Of a DNA stretch of 64,000 bases, positions 1-9,422 are shown in pieces. The notes beneath the pieces were generated by a model. The model had not been told where the DNA came from. It made no database searches and saw only the letters and a program-made list of their open reading frames with translations. The DNA is taken from positions 554,729 to 618,728 of the forward strand of contig CAYVKP010000001.1 in NCBI GenBank assembly GCA_964452165.1, in the 5' to 3' direction. Position numbers and translations under genes: made by a program. The stretch's first letter is position 1, and the number at the start of each line of letters is the position of its first letter. This stretch comes from an uncultured Gammaproteobacteria bacterium (GTDB lineage: Bacteria; Patescibacteriota; Microgenomatia; Levybacterales; GWA1-39-11).

Positions 1-1
1 T

Positions 2-775
2 GCAACGAGCATAATTGCCGAGGTTGCAAAAGAGGTAGGCGCCTTGACAGTTGCCGTTGTCACCAAACCTTTTCAATTTGAAGGAACGCGCAGAATGGTT
101 GCGGCAGAAGAGGGGATAGAGCTCTTAAAAGAGCGAGTAGACACGCTTATTGTTATTCCAAACCAGAGAATCCTTGAGGTTATCGACAAAAAGTTGTCTC
201 TTCTTGAAGCATTCAGAGTTGCCGATTCGGTCCTCAACCACGGAGTCCAGGGAATCTCAGACCTTATTACAATTCCTGGTCTTATTAACGTAGATTTTGC
301 AGACGTTAAGACTATCATGACAAGCGCAGGATCGGCTCTTATGGGAATTGGAATTGGGGTTGGTGAGAATAGAGCACAACTTGCAGCGCGTCAAGCAACT
401 TCCTCACCGCTTCTTGAAGTTTCAATGGAAGGCGCACGAGGAGTCTTGTTCAACATTATTGGTGGAACAGATCTTTCAATGTCTGAAGTGAATGAAGCAT
501 CAAAGATTATCTCCTCAGCTGCAGATCCTGATGCCAACATAATTTTTGGAGCAACAATTGACGAGAACCTTCATGATCAGATAAGAATAACCGTCATTGC
601 AACCGGATTTGATGAGTCCCGAAGAAAACTTAAGGAGATGGTTGAGAAAGAGGATAATTCGAGTCAGAATATGTTTGGTGGTGGCACCTCAACGCCTTCA
701 ACCCCGGCATCAAGTGGAAACGATGAGGAAGAAAGCATCTTCGACATCCCCGCCTTCCTCAGACAAAAAAATTAA
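2..775 (+). CDS. ftsZ: Cell division protein FtsZ (5'-truncated by the window edge)
   Basis: Motifs VVTKPFQFEG, LIVIPN, GLINVDFADV, ITVIATGF and the C-terminal DIPAFLR peptide; frame is open back to base 2. Confidence 0.98.
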   Translation, partial: ATSIIAEVAKEVGALTVAVVTKPFQFEGTRRMVAAEEGIELLKERVDTLIVIPNQRILEVIDKKLSLLEAFRVADSVLNHGVQGISDLITIPGLINVDFADVKTIMTSAGSALMGIGIGVGENRAQLAARQATSSPLLEVSMEGARGVLFNIIGGTDLSMSEVNEASKIISSAADPDANIIFGATIDENLHDQIRITVIATGFDESRRKLKEMVEKEDNSSQNMFGGGTSTPSTPASSGNDEEESIFDIPAFLRQKN

Positions 776-781
776 CCCTAT

Positions 782-1477
782 ATGAGTGGATTTGAAGATC
801 TAAGAAGAAAATCCGAGGCTAGTCAGGCCGCAAGGGCGGAAGCAAGTAGAAGGCCAAATGAACCTGTTGATCCCGTAGCATTTCATAGGGAGTTGCTTTT
901 GAGGTGGGGTAAAACCCAATTCCCGCCCGCATTGGGGGAATTGAAGAGATTAATTCAGAGCGGAGCTGTTGAATCCCCACCGGTAGCAAATAATAGCTCA
1001 TTCAGCCCAAAATTTTTCGATTTAAAATTAGCAGATCCTATTCAGTCAAGTCCAATGTCTCCCACTACCGATCTTAATCGAATTTACTTTTCGATGGCAA
1101 CAGTTTATCTGGGAAGTACCGGTAATTATACCGGTCCCGATTCTGACTTGCTTTCGATGTCTGACAGTCAGTATCGTTACAGCTTAAGCGCTGCCTATTC
1201 CTTCGCTATTTCGATGGACGGGGTAAGTAATGTAAGGATTGGCTACGGCGGTAGACGATACACAACCTGGTACGGTCGGGTTATGAGAGAGTCCAAGGGT
1301 GAGATTCTTATGCTTGACCAGTCAAAGCTAGATAACCGTGCAGAAATCGAAAGTTCGCTTGCCCAGGCAGTTATTTTACCAAGCCTTTCCGTGAATGAAG
1401 TTAGGAGTGGTGTTCCCGGCTGGAAACCTAGTCCACCGCCAGATTCAAGAAGCGAAGGATATCAACCCGGCATGTAA
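782..1477 (+). CDS. Hypothetical protein (orphan)
   Basis: 231-aa ORF with ATG start filling the gap after ftsZ; no motif recognised. Confidence 0.7.
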   Translation: MSGFEDLRRKSEASQAARAEASRRPNEPVDPVAFHRELLLRWGKTQFPPALGELKRLIQSGAVESPPVANNSSFSPKFFDLKLADPIQSSPMSPTTDLNRIYFSMATVYLGSTGNYTGPDSDLLSMSDSQYRYSLSAAYSFAISMDGVSNVRIGYGGRRYTTWYGRVMRESKGEILMLDQSKLDNRAEIESSLAQAVILPSLSVNEVRSGVPGWKPSPPPDSRSEGYQPGM

Positions 1478-1534
1478 AAAAGCAAGAAGGTCAATAGCGA
1501 GTTATTTTACAAAGTGGTATTATAGTCGGACCTC

Positions 1535-2200
1535 ATGATTGATCTCTCACAAATAAAAATCACGCGTTCGCGACGTAAAACCCTGGCTCTTCATTTTATT
1601 CCTGACGGAACAATAGAAGTGAGAGCTCCAAATTTAATCCCAAAATTTTTAATAAACGACTTTATCAAGAAGAATAGCGATTGGATAGAAAAGAAGCTTG
1701 GTATGGTCAAAAAGAGTAGGCCGGCGACAAGAAAATACATAGACGGTGAACTGTTCGATTATCTGGGTAAACAGTATGCATTACAAACCGGAAATTACGT
1801 TCGCATAGAAATAAAAGGTGACAAGCTTCTTTTCCCAAAAGTTTTATTGTTCCGGGTAAAAAAAGAATTGGAGAATTGGTACCTGCGACAGGCAAAGGCA
1901 GTAATCATCGAGCAAGCCAACTCGATTGCAAAAGAAATGGGAACATCATTTAAATCGATTAAATTGTCGGAAACGAAGTCCAAGTGGGGATCATGTACGC
2001 ATGATAACAGGTTGCAGTTTAATTGGAAGTTGATCATGACCCCAATTCTAGTCTTGCGATATGTTGTTATCCACGAACTTTCTCATACAATTGAGAAAAA
2101 TCACTCTCGCAAGTTTTGGAGCCGCGTTGCAGCATTTAACCCGTCGTTTAAGCAGCAAATCAAATGGCTAAGAGAACACGGGGGAAATTTATCTATATGA
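1535..2200 (+). CDS. YgjP/M48-family (SprT-like) zinc metallohydrolase
   Basis: RSRRKTL N-terminus, KWGSC, LQFNWKL, YVVIHELSH..EKNHS..FW. Confidence 0.92.
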   Translation: MIDLSQIKITRSRRKTLALHFIPDGTIEVRAPNLIPKFLINDFIKKNSDWIEKKLGMVKKSRPATRKYIDGELFDYLGKQYALQTGNYVRIEIKGDKLLFPKVLLFRVKKELENWYLRQAKAVIIEQANSIAKEMGTSFKSIKLSETKSKWGSCTHDNRLQFNWKLIMTPILVLRYVVIHELSHTIEKNHSRKFWSRVAAFNPSFKQQIKWLREHGGNLSI

Positions 2201-2208
2201 AGGCCTTT

Positions 2209-2229
2209 AAAAAGCAAAAAGGTCCATCT
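2209..2229. repeat. 21-bp direct repeat, copy 1 (AAAAAGCAAAAAGGTCCATCT)
   Basis: Identical to 3166-3186; the two copies flank the 2236-3147 gene. Confidence 0.9.
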
Positions 2230-2235
2230 CGTAGG

Positions 2236-3147
2236 TCAATTTTCCCAAAGGTCGACCCTGTCAATCCTTTGGTAATCTTCCGGAGGTAAGATGTATGCAT
2301 CCGTTAAGCTTCCGTCAAATGACATGAATGGTTTCTTGCGTTCCTCAAGTCTATAGTTGTAGTAATTAAATCCAATATTTCGAAAGTATTGTGCGTCACC
2401 TATGCCATTGCATACTACTTCCTGCAACTTCAAAGATACGACTCTTTTATCATCTTCAGACATGTCTTTTAAGGATTCTGGGTCAACAGTAACATCTAAT
2501 AAGCTCTGAGCTGTCTCAACCTGAATTGCTATTCCGAGCTTTGAGCCTCGGTCATCTTGCGGTTGGGTTACAAAGGATGTGGTTTGTTCGCTCCCGTCCG
2601 GCAGGAGTTCAACTCTTGTAAAGGTAGAAAATTTTTTATAACCATCCGGTGCATATGAACTGTGCGGTGCACCCTCAGGTACTACAAACATTACGTGTTT
2701 TGAGGAATTTCGCGGTTTTATTTCTCCTGAGACGGTTACCTCATCACTGTCGTGTCTTTCCATCTCGTAATTCTCTATACGCTTTCCGCTAAAAGAATTC
2801 CACAAGCCTGATAGATGTTCGAACCCTTTCGGGTTCAGTTTCATGTGGTTGAAATTGTATACGTCAAAACCCCCCGCTTTGATGTGTTGAAAAGCTTTGT
2901 CTTTCATCTCTGGGTAAAGCTTCTGTATCTCGGGATCCATAACGGGGCGTTGAGCATTAGAATCAGGACTAAAGTATTTAGGATCGTGAGGTTTCTCTCC
3001 TACGGTCAGGCCGTGTTTTAGTATGGTTCTGTCGGCGATCCCTCCAATTATCGCCCCTCCGGTAGCTATTCCGGCATTCCAACCAATCTTCAAAAGAGTT
3101 CTTCGACTGAATCTGCCGGGTTGTTGTTCGCGTGGCTCCTCGGTCAT
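2236..3147 (-). CDS. Hypothetical exported or membrane-anchored protein with twin-arginine-like N-terminus
   Basis: SRRTLLK followed by hydrophobic GWNAGIATGGAIIGGIA; TATAAT shortly upstream of ATG. Confidence 0.75.
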   Translation of the reverse strand: MTEEPREQQPGRFSRRTLLKIGWNAGIATGGAIIGGIADRTILKHGLTVGEKPHDPKYFSPDSNAQRPVMDPEIQKLYPEMKDKAFQHIKAGGFDVYNFNHMKLNPKGFEHLSGLWNSFSGKRIENYEMERHDSDEVTVSGEIKPRNSSKHVMFVVPEGAPHSSYAPDGYKKFSTFTRVELLPDGSEQTTSFVTQPQDDRGSKLGIAIQVETAQSLLDVTVDPESLKDMSEDDKRVVSLKLQEVVCNGIGDAQYFRNIGFNYYNYRLEERKKPFMSFDGSLTDAYILPPEDYQRIDRVDLWEN

Positions 3148-3164
3148 ATGCTTATTATAGCTCT

Positions 3165-3200
3165 AAAAAAGCAAAAAGGTCCATCTTGTGGACAGACCTT
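3165..3200 (-). terminator. Intrinsic terminator
   Basis: Minus strand AAGGTCTGTC-CACAA-GATGGACCTT (10-bp stem with two G-U pairs) followed by TTTGCTTTTTT. Confidence 0.75.
3166..3186. repeat. 21-bp direct repeat, copy 2 (3' arm and U-tract of a terminator)
   Basis: Identical to 2209-2229. Confidence 0.9.
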
Positions 3201-3269
3201 CGTGCTTAACTAACAGTAAAGTGAGTCCCTCAGAAATACTAGTAATCCCCTTGGCAAGTCCACGTATTG

Positions 3270-3318
3270 TACTTTTACGCGACATAATAAGCGTAAAGTA
3301 TTTTCACGGGTTTGTCAA
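3270..3318 (-). promoter_or_regulatory. Sigma70-type promoter with overlapping inverted repeat (candidate operator)
   Basis: TTGACA (3318-3313), 17 nt, TACGCT (3295-3290); inverted repeat TTTACGC-N10-GCGTAAA at 3274-3297. Confidence 0.55.
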
Positions 3319-3653
3319 CTAAAAAGTTGCTGTTTGATTTGTGACCATATTTGCCCCAAGAAGCCCGCTTTTTTGTAGCCCTTCCATTCTTTCTTCTCTT
3401 GTGCGTCCAGAGTACCGGGGAGAGGAGGATCGCGCCATACAGAAAGAATTACCCACTCTCCTTTTTCGTTTTGCTTGGCAACGGCAGTAATTCTGTAACC
3501 TTCGAACTTTTTCTTATATTTGAAAGCGTCTTCCCTGTCTTTTTTGGTAGAGTCTGGTTTTACCAGAGTTTCAAAAACGTCATTCTTAATAATTCCTCTT
3601 CGCTCTATTTTTTGGGCAGCGTGATTGGTCAAAATAATTTCTGTATAGTCCAT
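3315..3653 (-). CDS. DUF4258-like small protein
   Basis: ILTNHAAQKIERRGI..VFETL..PD and EWVILSVW pattern; start moved to ATG 3653, just downstream of TAAAAT. Confidence 0.75.
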   Translation of the reverse strand: MDYTEIILTNHAAQKIERRGIIKNDVFETLVKPDSTKKDREDAFKYKKKFEGYRITAVAKQNEKGEWVILSVWRDPPLPGTLDAQEKKEWKGYKKAGFLGQIWSQIKQQLFS

Positions 3654-3966
3654 AAATATCATTTTACTACAGAAGGACGCGTTATGCCTGGACAATTAAT
3701 TTATACAGGCATTTTTAAGCCTTTGTTCATAATAATTACTCGTATAACTAAATTGATCTGAGGCAAAAATATTTTAAAAAACACAAAAGTAGCCTATAGT
3801 CTAAATATTTAACCAAATGGTTAACCAATTTGAAGCTATTACAATTCAACTTAGCCTCAAGCAATTAGGTATGTTTTTTGGGCTTAAAATGTGATTTAGA
3901 CCGATTCTTCGGGCTTTATTGGCCAGTTTGTTGAATAAAGTAGCCTCTTGAGCTAAAATTGAAGCA

Positions 3967-6801
3967 ATGAGTTTTAAGCCCGTTTCGCCAAAAGTCAATT
4001 TCCCAGAACTTGAAGAAAGTCTGATCTCATATTGGAAAGAAAATAAAACCTTCGAAAAATCAGTAGAGAATCGGCCGGCTGAAAAACGTTGGAACTTTCT
4101 TGACGGTCCCCCTTTTGTGACAGGAGTCCCTCACTACGGATCACTTCTTTCAAGCATTCCAAAAGATGTGTTCGGCCGCTACTGGACAATGAAGGGTTAC
4201 CGGGTGCGCCGCGTCTGGGGCTGGGACGGTCACGGTTTGCCTATCGAAAACAAGGTTGAGACAGCCTTGGGAATTAAGTCGAAACGAGAGATTGAGGAGA
4301 AGGTTGGGGTCAAAACTTTTATAGATGAGTGTAAAAAGTATCTTAAAGTGACGTCGGCCGAGTGGGAATGGTACGTAGATCATGTTGGGCGTTGGGTTGA
4401 CTTTCAAAATGCCTATAAGACGTGGGACCGTGACTATATGGAGAGCGTTATGTGGGTATTTAAGCAAATGTATGACAAGGGTTATGTCTACAAAGGGCTT
4501 AAAAATTCGCTTTATTGTCCGCACTGTGCCACTCCAATTTCAAACTTTGAGGTTGCGATGGATGCTGACAATTACAAAGAAGTGCCTGATGCGGCAACAA
4601 CCTACAAATACGAGCTGGCAGATGAGCCCGGCACATACGTTTTGGCCTGGTCAACGACTCCCTGGAACAAGATTGTGACTCCTGCTCTGGCCATAAACCC
4701 CAAGTTTATCTATGTGAAAGTCAAGCAAGGCGATGAGAATTACATTCTGGCTGAAAGTACCATAAAAATGCTCAAGGAAGATCCAAGGTTCGAAATAATC
4801 GAAAAGATAAAAGGAAGAGACCTTATCGGTAAGAAATTTGTGCCTCACTATGATTACTACCCAATTGCAGAAGACGAGAAAGCATTTGAGCTTGTCGAGG
4901 GAGATTTTGTAACAGCCGAGGAGGGAACCGGCGTTGTTACCATTGCCGCGTTCGGAGAAGAAGACTTGAAAGTGATGCAAGAGCAGAATATTCACATTGA
5001 AATTCATGTGGACGAGGAGGGCCATATAAAGCCGGATGTACCAAAGTTTGGTGGAATGTACTACCTTAAGGCAAATAAGGCCGTAAATGAGGACCTGGCG
5101 GCACGTAACCTGATATATGATGACCGTGAGGTGATGCATAATGTCCCTCTTTGCTGGCGATGTCACACAAGGCTTTATAATGCCGCAATCAATGCTTGGT
5201 ATGTAAACGTTCAAACATTAAAGCCCTTAATGCGCGAAACGAACGAGAAAGTTAATTGGTATCCTGCGCACTTTAAACATGGAAGATTTTTAAAGAGCCT
5301 TGAGTTCGCTCCTGACTGGAATATTTCAAGGAATCGCTATTGGGGGTCTCCGGTTCCCGTTTGGGAGTGTGAGAGCTGTCATGAGCGATTTGTCCCTGGA
5401 TCGATTGCGCAACTTGAGGAGGCGTCAGGAGTAACTGTCGGCGAATTACATAGGCCTGAGATTGATGACGTTATGGTTAAGTGTAAAAAGTGCGGCGGAA
5501 AATCCGTTCGAACACCTGAGGTCTTGGATTCATGGATTGAGGCAGGAAGCGCAGCTTTTGCCGAGCGCCATTTCCCCTTCAATACTTCTGAAAAATTAGA
5601 AGATTTCTTCCCTCCCGATTTTATAGAAGAATATACGGGTCAAATTCGCGCCTGGTTTTATGTCCAGCATGTAATTGGTGCTGCCCTGTATAAATCTCCG
5701 GCGTTTAAGAACGTTTCTGTCACCGGAGTAATTCTTGGGACTGACGGGCGAAAAATGAGTAAGAACTATGGAAACTATCCGGATCCAAAGCAATTAATCT
5801 CAACATATGGCGGAGATGCTCTTCGTCTATATCTTCTTGGCTCACCGGTCATGAACGGTGAAGACATTTTAATTTCAGAGGATCAATACAAAATGCAGGT
5901 CAGAGGAACGCTTCTGATACTGTGGAATGTTTACAATTTCTTTGTTTCTTATGCAAATATTGACAACTGGGAGAAAAGCTTGGCTGTCAAAGAAAGTTCA
6001 AACGTCTTAGATGCCTGGATTTTATCATTAACCAATAGGTTAACTAAAGAAATCACGCATGATTTGGATTCTTACGATACCGTTAGCGCAGTCAACAAGC
6101 TCGGATCTTTTGTTAACGATCTTTCAACTTGGTATATTCGCCGTTCTCGTGATAGGGTGGGGCCAACAGCTGAGAGCAAGGAGGATAAAAACGCGTTCTA
6201 TTCCGTCTGCTTTGAGGTTCTAGTTCGTCTCTCTCAAGTAGCGGCACCGCTTGCTCCATTTATCTCGGAGGAAATCTATCGAAACTTAACCGGTGAGGAA
6301 TCGGTTCATCTGTCCGACTGGCCAAAATTTGACGACAGTTTTATTGATGCGGATCTTGAACAAGAAATGAGAGATGCGGCTCAGATTGCATCGGCAATCC
6401 TTGCCAGGAGAAAAAATGCTCAGGTTGCAGTTCGCATTCCACTAAGAAAACTTTCGTACGAAGGTCCAAGTGAGTTTTCTGAGGATATTCTTAAAGTGGT
6501 AAGCGATGAAGTAAATATTTACCAGCTTGAATACGAGGGTAAAGCCGATCTTTTTATGTCAGAAGGCGAACTGTCAGAGCTGATAGATCCGGCAAATCAG
6601 GACGTTGATGCAGGTGAAGCGAGGGATATAATTCGCAAGATTCAAGCGGAGCGTAAAAACTTAGGAACTGCTCTTGATGAAAAGGTCAATGTTGAACTTC
6701 CCTCATGGCCTCAAGAATTCGAATCTGAAATCAAAAGAAAAGCGCTTATTAACGAACTTAAAAAATCTGATGCTTTTAAGGTGACGCGCGTTAATGCATA
6801 A
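3967..6801 (+). CDS. ileS: Isoleucine--tRNA ligase (IleRS2-type)
   Basis: DGPPF, HYGS (HIGH-like), GWDGHGLPIE, DWNISRNRYWG, GQIRAWFY, KMSKN, WYIRRSR. Confidence 0.96.
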   Translation: MSFKPVSPKVNFPELEESLISYWKENKTFEKSVENRPAEKRWNFLDGPPFVTGVPHYGSLLSSIPKDVFGRYWTMKGYRVRRVWGWDGHGLPIENKVETALGIKSKREIEEKVGVKTFIDECKKYLKVTSAEWEWYVDHVGRWVDFQNAYKTWDRDYMESVMWVFKQMYDKGYVYKGLKNSLYCPHCATPISNFEVAMDADNYKEVPDAATTYKYELADEPGTYVLAWSTTPWNKIVTPALAINPKFIYVKVKQGDENYILAESTIKMLKEDPRFEIIEKIKGRDLIGKKFVPHYDYYPIAEDEKAFELVEGDFVTAEEGTGVVTIAAFGEEDLKVMQEQNIHIEIHVDEEGHIKPDVPKFGGMYYLKANKAVNEDLAARNLIYDDREVMHNVPLCWRCHTRLYNAAINAWYVNVQTLKPLMRETNEKVNWYPAHFKHGRFLKSLEFAPDWNISRNRYWGSPVPVWECESCHERFVPGSIAQLEEASGVTVGELHRPEIDDVMVKCKKCGGKSVRTPEVLDSWIEAGSAAFAERHFPFNTSEKLEDFFPPDFIEEYTGQIRAWFYVQHVIGAALYKSPAFKNVSVTGVILGTDGRKMSKNYGNYPDPKQLISTYGGDALRLYLLGSPVMNGEDILISEDQYKMQVRGTLLILWNVYNFFVSYANIDNWEKSLAVKESSNVLDAWILSLTNRLTKEITHDLDSYDTVSAVNKLGSFVNDLSTWYIRRSRDRVGPTAESKEDKNAFYSVCFEVLVRLSQVAAPLAPFISEEIYRNLTGEESVHLSDWPKFDDSFIDADLEQEMRDAAQIASAILARRKNAQVAVRIPLRKLSYEGPSEFSEDILKVVSDEVNIYQLEYEGKADLFMSEGELSELIDPANQDVDAGEARDIIRKIQAERKNLGTALDEKVNVELPSWPQEFESEIKRKALINELKKSDAFKVTRVNA

Positions 6802-7876
6802 TTTCTCAATTAATAGGCTTAATTTCTCCCTACTTGCTCCGGCAATTCTTGTTGTTGCCATAGGACTTGCATCTTTTTATTCAATCGACACCCAGGTTTT
6901 TAAGCAACAACTATTATTTTTAGTATTTTCGTTGTTCGTTTACGTTTTCTTTCTCAACGTTGACTACCGAATATTTGCTTTCTTCAATAAGTATATGTAC
7001 TTTACTATGATTGCGGCATTGCTTTTGTTGTTCGTGATCGGAATTGAGGCTAGGGGTGCCGTACGCTGGATTGATATTTTTGGTGTAAGACTACAGTTCT
7101 CCGAGATCATTAAGCCCTTTTTTATAATATTCATCGCGCAGTTTTTAACCCGCGATAATAAAAAAAGCTTTTCAAAATTTGTTACCGCACTTCTTTTGAC
7201 TCTTCCAATCTTTTTGTTGACATTGAAACAGCCGGATTTGGGAAATGCACTTATATATCTTTTTACTGTGGGGTTTATGCTTTTTGTTTACGGTTTTCCC
7301 TGGTCCTATTTTCTGGCAGTGTTAGTTCCGGTACTGGTCCCTTTGCCCATACTTTTTAACTTGCTTGCTCCCTACCAAAAAGATAGACTTTTGACATTTG
7401 TTAATCCAACGCGGGATCCTTTTGGATCTTCCTACAACGCTGTTCAGTCTTTAATTTCTATCGGCAGCGGGGGATTTTTTGGTAAAGGTTTTGGTCAGGC
7501 AACCCAATCCATATTGAAGTTTCTGCCCGAACGCCATACGGATTTTATCTTTGCTACAATCTCTGAGAGTCTGGGATTTGTGGGTGCGTCCTTTTTGATT
7601 GTCCTTTATGGGTTTTTGTTGGTTAGAATTTACAAAATTGCACAGGACGTTAGCGATGAGTTTACAAGAATGGTGCTTTTTGGATTTTATTTTCTTCTTC
7701 TGACGCATATTTTTCTTAACATAGGAATGAATGTTGGGATTGTTCCGATTGTTGGAATTACTCTTCCATTCGCATCATACGGAGGAAGCTCTCTTTTAAC
7801 TTCATTTATCATGCTCGGGATAATATCTTCAATTAAATTTGATCACTCTCGCCACAAAAGCCTGGAAATAAGGTAA
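6794..7876 (+). CDS. rodA: SEDS-family peptidoglycan polymerase RodA/FtsW
   Basis: GAVRWI, QFSEIIK, QPDLG, GSGGFFGKG, LPERHTDFIF, GITLPFASYGGSS. Confidence 0.93.
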   Translation: MHNFSINRLNFSLLAPAILVVAIGLASFYSIDTQVFKQQLLFLVFSLFVYVFFLNVDYRIFAFFNKYMYFTMIAALLLLFVIGIEARGAVRWIDIFGVRLQFSEIIKPFFIIFIAQFLTRDNKKSFSKFVTALLLTLPIFLLTLKQPDLGNALIYLFTVGFMLFVYGFPWSYFLAVLVPVLVPLPILFNLLAPYQKDRLLTFVNPTRDPFGSSYNAVQSLISIGSGGFFGKGFGQATQSILKFLPERHTDFIFATISESLGFVGASFLIVLYGFLLVRIYKIAQDVSDEFTRMVLFGFYFLLLTHIFLNIGMNVGIVPIVGITLPFASYGGSSLLTSFIMLGIISSIKFDHSRHKSLEIR

Positions 7877-7899
7877 AGAATTTGATAGAATACATCTTT

Positions 7900-8253
7900 A
7901 TGGAATACGTAGTCTTTGAAACAGGCGGAAAACAATACAAGGCAGCACCCGGTCAAATCGTTAGCGTTGACCATATCGGTGGTGACAAGGCGCTTTCATT
8001 TGATAAGGTTTTGCTTCACGTAAAAGACGGTGAAGTCAATATTGGTAAGCCATATCTTACCGGTATTGTGGTTGACGCAAAGCTGGTTGAAGAAAAGCGC
8101 GGACCAAAAACTAGAGTCTCACGTTTTACTGCAAAATCTCGTCACAGAAGAGTTATTGGACATAGATCTCTGATCTCAATGGTGCAGATTGAGAAAGTTT
8201 CAAAACAGGCAAGTTCTGATGTAAAACCCACTGTTAAGACAAGTAAAAAGTAA
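7900..8253 (+). CDS. rplU: 50S ribosomal protein L21
   Basis: ETGGKQYK, IGKPY, GHR; directly upstream of rpmA; start set to ATG 7900. Confidence 0.96.
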   Translation: MEYVVFETGGKQYKAAPGQIVSVDHIGGDKALSFDKVLLHVKDGEVNIGKPYLTGIVVDAKLVEEKRGPKTRVSRFTAKSRHRRVIGHRSLISMVQIEKVSKQASSDVKPTVKTSKK

Positions 8254-8346
8254 ATAGTTCTGATCTATTTTTATACTCTTGACTTATGTGAAACTGATGA
8301 GTAAAATAAATTCACTTTTCACGAAAGTAGAAATTTTCATTTAAAT

Positions 8347-8598
8347 ATGGCACATACAAAATCACAAGGAGCAGTAAGAGGAAACAGAGATTCAGTATCC
8401 AAAAGGCTTGGACTTAAGGTGTATGCCGGACAGTCCGTCACAGCTGGGGCAGTAATTCTAAGGCAAAGAGGTAGTAAAATGTATCCAGGAAAAAGCGCGT
8501 ACATGGGTAATGATTTTACGATTCATGCCGCAACTAAAGGAAAAGTCACTTTTAGATTAGCCCGAGGCAAAAAATTAGTTGATGTTGTTAAAAACTAA
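8347..8598 (+). CDS. rpmA: 50S ribosomal protein L27
   Basis: MAHTKS..RDS..KRLGLK, ILRQRG. Confidence 0.97.
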   Translation: MAHTKSQGAVRGNRDSVSKRLGLKVYAGQSVTAGAVILRQRGSKMYPGKSAYMGNDFTIHAATKGKVTFRLARGKKLVDVVKN

Positions 8599-9422
8599 TG
8601 GACGAACAAATAGATAGAATTGTTGAACTTGAAACCACTGTCTTGCAACCGAATCCGCTTCAGCCACGTGGCCTGATTTCTCCCGAGTCTCTCACTGATC
8701 TTGTTAATTCAATTCGCGAGCAAGGAATTCTTGAGCCAATTGTCGTCGCAAAAACTCCGGCAGGATACCAAATTATAGCTGGAGAGAGACGATGGAGAGC
8801 ATCGAGAATCTTAGGGCTTGCGAAGGTCCCGGTTATAGTTAGGGAAACATCTCCGCAGGGAATGCTTGAGATGTCAATAGTAGAGAACGTACAGCGTGAA
8901 GATCTTAATCCAATCGAGCGAGCACAGGCATACAAGAGGCTCATTGATGAGTTTGGAATTTCCGTAACTGAAGTAGCAAAAAGAGTCGGAAAAAGCCTTC
9001 CATATATTTCAAACTCCATTCGTCTCTTGACGCTCCCCGACGCCATCAAAGACGCACTGGCAGCAGGAGTAATTACGGAGGGACATGTTAGGCCGCTTAT
9101 TTCAATTGGAGATCAAAAATTAATGCTCCAGGCTTTCAAAAGGATCTTAATTGAAGGAATTTCCGTTCGCGGCGCAGAAGAAGTGGCAAGACAATTGAAG
9201 TCTGAAGTCCAGAAGAAAGAGCCTCACAAGAAGCGCGACAAACTTTATATTCCGGAGCTTGAAGAGATGGCCAAAAAGCTTATGGAAACACGCGGTTACA
9301 ACAATGTCAGGATAGATCAATCACGAGTCCGGGCCAAAGTCTTGCTTGAGATTAAGGGTGATGAGACTGAAACTAAGGAAAAGCTTGAAGACCTCTTTTC
9401 AAGGCTCACGAAGACCGACTAG
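8598..9422 (+). CDS. parB: ParB/Spo0J chromosome partition protein
   Basis: PNPLQPR, GILEPI, IIAGERRWRA, ENVQREDL, helix-turn-helix region. Confidence 0.95.
   Translation: MDEQIDRIVELETTVLQPNPLQPRGLISPESLTDLVNSIREQGILEPIVVAKTPAGYQIIAGERRWRASRILGLAKVPVIVRETSPQGMLEMSIVENVQREDLNPIERAQAYKRLIDEFGISVTEVAKRVGKSLPYISNSIRLLTLPDAIKDALAAGVITEGHVRPLISIGDQKLMLQAFKRILIEGISVRGAEEVARQLKSEVQKKEPHKKRDKLYIPELEEMAKKLMETRGYNNVRIDQSRVRAKVLLEIKGDETETKEKLEDLFSRLTKTD

Larger units (their letters stand above)
3165..3284 (-). ncRNA. Candidate ~120-nt small RNA or attenuator leader (alternative: 40-aa peptide 3285-3163)
   Basis: Bounded by a TTGACA-N17-TACGCT promoter and an intrinsic terminator; no known RNA family recognised. 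Confidence 0.4.

Noticed and set aside
3722-3749. dif-like site (minus strand ...TAATTA-TTATGAACAAA)
   Set aside because: Only a partial XerD-like arm and no XerC-like arm
8281-8330. parS-like sequence upstream of rpmA-parB (TTATGTGAAAC)
   Set aside because: Only one half-site matches TGTTTCACGTGAAACA and it is not palindromic
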